DNA of 64,000 bases, from contig OX597814.1 of the NCBI GenBank assembly GCA_951406725.2, positions 192,758,001 through 192,822,000 on the forward strand, written 5' to 3'. The stretch comes from Octopus vulgaris. Taxonomy: Eukaryota. Under the pieces are notes generated by a model that was given only the letters and a program-made list of their open reading frames with translations, did no database searches and was not told the origin of the DNA. Positions 59,658-64,000 of this stretch are shown piece after piece (position 1 is the stretch's first letter; every line of letters begins with the position of its first letter). Position numbers and translations under genes: made by a program.

Positions 59658-60668
59658 CTAGCACTATGACCTGGCAACACCGGGTCATAGTGCTAGTGCA
59701 TGCATATACAGCTGCGTGCATGCGCACATACACGCAAGTACTGTCCAAATCTCCGACCAATCACATACAACTAGCTGGCATTCAATTGGCGTATCAAGTT
59801 TCGGGCATTTTGATTGGGTTTTGGATAGAAAATTCACAAAAAGGTCACTTCTATTAATTTTTTAATGGCTTTGAGGGGTGACTGGGGAAATGTAAAGATG
59901 TGCACGACCACCCTTGGATGGTTTTGAATGACCATAGAAAGTGCAAGCCCTCTAACTGAAAAATTGTGGATTTGTATAAAGGACGCGCACGCACGCACGA
60001 ACACACACACATTTTGCCGTTTATATATATACTAGCAGTATCGCCCGGCGTTGCTCGGGTTTGTAAGGGAAATAACTATATAAGCATTTTTAGAGAGTTA
60101 TAGCCAAAAAATAGCAAAAAATGCATTAAAAATGGAAAAAATATGATGGTAAATTTTTTTTTAAATCGTTGACTCATCGTAGACATTTTTAGAGAGTTAC
60201 TTCCCTTATATAATAGCGAAAAAATGCATTAAAATGGAAAAAAAACGATGGTAAATTTTTTTTTAAATCGTAGACTCATGTAGACGCTTTCTTAGCCATT
60301 TCTGTTTTGGTGTCTTCAAGCCATGAAGTCGTTGTTCTAAAAGAACACTGGTCTCCTTGACAACGCATTATGACGTTGATTTCCTTACACTCCCTTCCCC
60401 ACAGGTGCAGGTGTGAGCGTGGACGCCAACTCCGCCGCCATCGACACACGAAAAATTATGCATTAAAATGAAATAAAAAATGATGTTAAATTATTTTTAA
60501 AATCGTAGACTCATCGTACACGCGCGCTAATACTCAGACGGGCTCGATATGAATCACGACTATAAGCTACCCGAATTTGGTTAAACTGTACCGCAAAATG
60601 TGGGAGTAGTTAGGAATCTAAATCGAAGGGGACAGACACTCACACAACTACAGTTTTATATATATAGA
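59658..60668 (-). mobile_element. Two tandem Helitron-like elements of different families (about 59658-60030 and 60032-60668)
   Basis: Both have CTAG ends with GC-rich hairpins and TATATATAAA starts; 60032-60668 matches the family at 768-2258. Confidence 0.65.
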
Positions 60669-60699
60669 TATACATAGCGCAGTAGTGGTGAGATATGAC

Positions 60700-61050
60700 A
60701 GCAAAGAAAAGCATACATTCACTCTCTGCATGCAATTAGACTCGGAAAGTTCGTGAGGAACCCATTGACCCAATTTGCTGACTTTTCCGATAGCACACAG
60801 GTGTCAATGAATGGTTGAATGACCAAATCCAAGCTTCTCTGCTAGTTCCTCAACAGTTACGATGATATTTTGTTCCACCAGGGTTTTCAGGATGTCCTTG
60901 TCGAGTTCTACAGATCTTTCAGGATGAGGCTCGTCTTCTAGGCTGTAGTTTATGGCTCGGGATTTCTGGAACCACCATTGACACTGCCTTACGCTTATTG
61001 TCCAATCCCCATATACTGCATTAATATTTCTTGTACTTTGCACACATTTA
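60700..61050 (-). mobile_element. Mariner (Mos1/SETMAR-like) transposase HTH fragment
   Basis: RNINAVYGDWTISVRQCQWWFQK..LEDEPHPERS..TVEELAEKLGFGHSTIH. Confidence 0.8.
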
Positions 61051-61101
61051 TATTCTGTTATTCTTTTATGTTTCAGCCTTGAGGTTGTGGCCATGCTGGA
61101 T

Positions 61102-61135
<34 letters not shown>

Positions 61136-61342
61136 TATCTGTCTGTCTGTCTGTCTGTATGTATATATGTATATGTATGTGTGTGAACAATAATATTTTC
61201 AACAGATGTGTTGCAAATGTATCTGATTGTTCTCAAGCTTCAATACTGTGTGTGTGTGTATGTGTGTGTGTGTATGTATGTATGTATATGTATGTATGTA
61301 TGTATATGTATGTATGTATGTATGTGTGTGTGTGTGTATGTA

Positions 61343-61379
<37 letters not shown>

Positions 61380-63460
61380 ATGTATGTATGTATGTATGAG
61401 TGTATGTTTACTTTATTACTAATTACTCTCTTCCAAGAACATTTTCACTCACTCTTAGCTCTTAGCTTCCCATACATTTTACTCATGTTTCTATCAGCGT
61501 CATAGACAGAATACTTTCACTTTAGTCTTCCTCAAATCACTCTGTCGCTATTTACTTTCATTTTATTCGTTGCCCACTGTCGGTGTGCGTTTGCGTGTGG
61601 TGTAAACCAGACTAAGAAAAGCATTTGACACACACACCAGAATGTGAGTTTTCTGTAAATTTTGCTTAATTGGAGTTTAAATTTTAAAAACTGGACCTGG
61701 CATGACGCGATGCATTGTACTCTTAAAAATGCCAGGTAAATTGTAATTGAAGAAATCCTATATTGTAGATTTGTATAACTCCCAAAGGGAGGCAGATAAA
61801 ATCTGCCTTTTATAATAAGAGATATAGATTTTTGACATTCCAGCGTCTAACCTTTGGTGTTGCTGCTGCTTTTTCTATCCTTAATTCTAGTTTTGATTAT
61901 AAAGCTGTCAACTTCAATAGCAGGTTCATTGTTTGGGTCCACTTAAGTAGATCCTTTATCTTCCTTGCACTGCCTACATTGAGAAACCTCTTGTAGCTTT
62001 TCTGATCCTCTTTCTGTTTAGTGATGATAAGGGTACTTGATGGAAATTGTAGTTGTGATACCTGTGCCGGTGGCACGTAAAAAGCACCAACCGATCGTGG
62101 CCGCTGTCAGCCTCCCCTGGAATCTGTGCCGGTGGCACCTAAAAAGCACGCACTACACTCACGGAGTGGTTGGCGTTAGGAAGGGCATCAAGCTGTAGAA
62201 ACACTGCCAGATCAAGACTGGAGCCTGGTGCAGCCTCCTGGCTTACCAGATCCCGGTCGAACCGTCCAACCCGTGCTAGCACGGAAAACGGATGTTAAAC
62301 AATGATGATGATGATGATGATGAAGGGTACTGTTATGATAAGTGTACCACTATCACTTCTTACCCACACTCATTTCTAACTACATCCTAATTTGCACAAT
62401 TCATTGCTTTGTAATCTGGATCCTCACATTGCAAACTTCTCTTTGCTTCTTTCCATAAAAGACACCATTCGAGTGTGATCATTGCCAGCGTTGCCTTACT
62501 GGCACTTGTGCCCCGTGCTAGTAGGGTACTAAGAACACCATCCGAGCGTGATCGTTGCCAGAGCGGCAAACTGGCTTCCGTGCCGGTGGCATTTAGGAGG
62601 CCCCATTCGAGCGGGATCTTTACCAGCATCGCCTTACTGGCACCTGTGCCATTGGCATGTGCAAAAAATTCGAGCGAGGTCGTTGCTAGTACCGCCTGAC
62701 TGGTCCCCGTGCCAGTGGCACGTAAAAGCACCCACTACACTCTCGGAGTGGTTGGCGTTTGGAAGGGCATCCAGCTGTAGAAACTCTGCCAGATCAAGAC
62801 TGGAGCCTGGTGCAGCCATCTGGTTCGCCAGCCCACAGTCAAACTGTCCAACCCATGCTAGCATGGAAAGTGGACATTAAACGATGATGATAATGATGAT
62901 GATGATACTGCATATATACTTGATGTATAGCATCTCTTCTAGCCAATCTCTCCAGATGTGTCACTCAGCTTTTATGGCTCTATCTATGTTAGTTCACCAC
63001 CGTGTCACTTTCTCTTTGCTTAAAATCCTGCACCAGATACAGATTTGGTCCGTGAATCACAGTTAGTTGTCATCTATGTTACATGTATTTATCTCTACAT
63101 ACTCACCATATACATCATCCAATACTTCATGGAATTTATATGTGACTGAAGGATCTTTCAGGTTGTGGTGTGTGTTGGAACTGAACTCAAAACTATGTGG
63201 TGCAAAGTAAGCTTCTTAACCACACTTCCTTGCCTTCTCCTCCTTATCATCATCATCATCATCACCATTTAACGTCCGTTTTCCATGCTGGCATGGGTTG
63301 GACAGTTTGACCAGAGCTGGCAAGCTTGGAGAGCTGCAACAAACTCCTGTCTGATTTAGCATGGTTTCTATGGTTCACTGCTCTTCCTAACACCAACCAC
63401 TTGACAGAGAGTGTGCTGGGTAGCTTTTTACATGGCACTGACAGAAGACTCTTAGAGGAA

Positions 63461-63692
63461 GGCGGCGAGCTGGCAGAAACGTTAGCACGCCGGGCGAAAT
63501 GCGTAGCCGTATTTCGTCTGCCGTTACGTTCTGAGTTCAAATTCCGCCGAGGTTGACTTAGCCTTTTATCCTTTCGGGGTCGTTAATTAAGTACCTGAAA
63601 CGCACTGGAGTCGATGTAATCGACTTAATCCTTTTGTCTGTCCTTGTTTGTCCCATCTGTGTTTAACCCCTTGTGGATAATAAAGAAATAAG
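63461..63692 (+). mobile_element. SINE family C (Nin-domain-like), full length
   Basis: Head GGCGGCGAGCTGGCAGAAACGTTAGC...GAGTTCAAATTCC; tail CCCCTTGTGG.TA.TAAAGAAATA; more than 10 copies in the window. Confidence 0.8.
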
Positions 63693-64000
63693 AAGACTTT
63701 TACAGGCCAATTCTCTTCACTGGATTTACACTTCTGTTGTGGAGGGTGGGTCTTCATGAGTACAACAAGGCATCAGGCATCTCGGTCCGTTGTCTTCTTG
63801 TTTGAAAGTTTCAGTGCCCTGAAGTCATCCTTCAACACTTGGTCCCATATCTTCCTGGGTCTCCCTCTTCCACGTGTTCCATCCTCTTTGAGAGATCGAC
63901 ACTTCTTCATGTCGCCCCAATTTTAGGAGGACATTCGTGAACACTCTACCTGGGTTTTGTCAACTTATTTTTTTCCCCGAGGCACCCGTAGATACAGGTA

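Noticed and set aside
61087-61505. Cys/Val/Tyr-rich ORFs (also 19150-19653 and 31204-31941)
   Set aside because: Translations of (TG)n, (TA)n and (TATG)n microsatellites.
62461-62730. Interspersed GTGCCGGTGGCAC repeats resembling a CRISPR array (also 16490-16650 and 29540-29710)
   Set aside because: Internal sub-repeats of SINE family D with homologous spacers; eukaryotic context and no cas genes.

Overview
AT-rich, microsatellite- and SINE-dense animal genomic DNA. The SINE repertoire is most consistent with an octopus or other coleoid cephalopod (inference). There are three kinds of protein-coding gene, each with an uninterrupted CDS: (1) a CEBPZ/Mak21 ribosome-biogenesis gene (8404-11469,+); (2) a 1866-aa protein that appears to be built from about six tandem NHL/TolB-like beta-propeller modules (19751-25351,-); (3) a young tandem array of five dCMP deaminase (DCTD) genes (39216-53566,+) that have diverged in distinct ways. 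Copy 4 has lost the catalytic Glu (HAE->HAG) and Met14. Copy 5 has lost Met1. Copy 3 is C-terminally truncated, carries 8 private missense changes and has lost its E2F/CHR promoter motifs. The array junctions can be reconstructed from the sequence, and one falls in a 17-bp perfect palindrome inside a rearranged mariner relic. The rest is transposon debris: Helitron-like elements, hAT and Merlin-like MITEs, RTE/CR1/Tx1-like LINE ends, mariner, four SINE families, and Penelope-like relics with at least six minimal hammerhead-ribozyme motifs. Most short ORFs in the supplied track are repeat or microsatellite noise. All comparisons were made by eye, and repeat boundaries are approximate unless a TSD is given.
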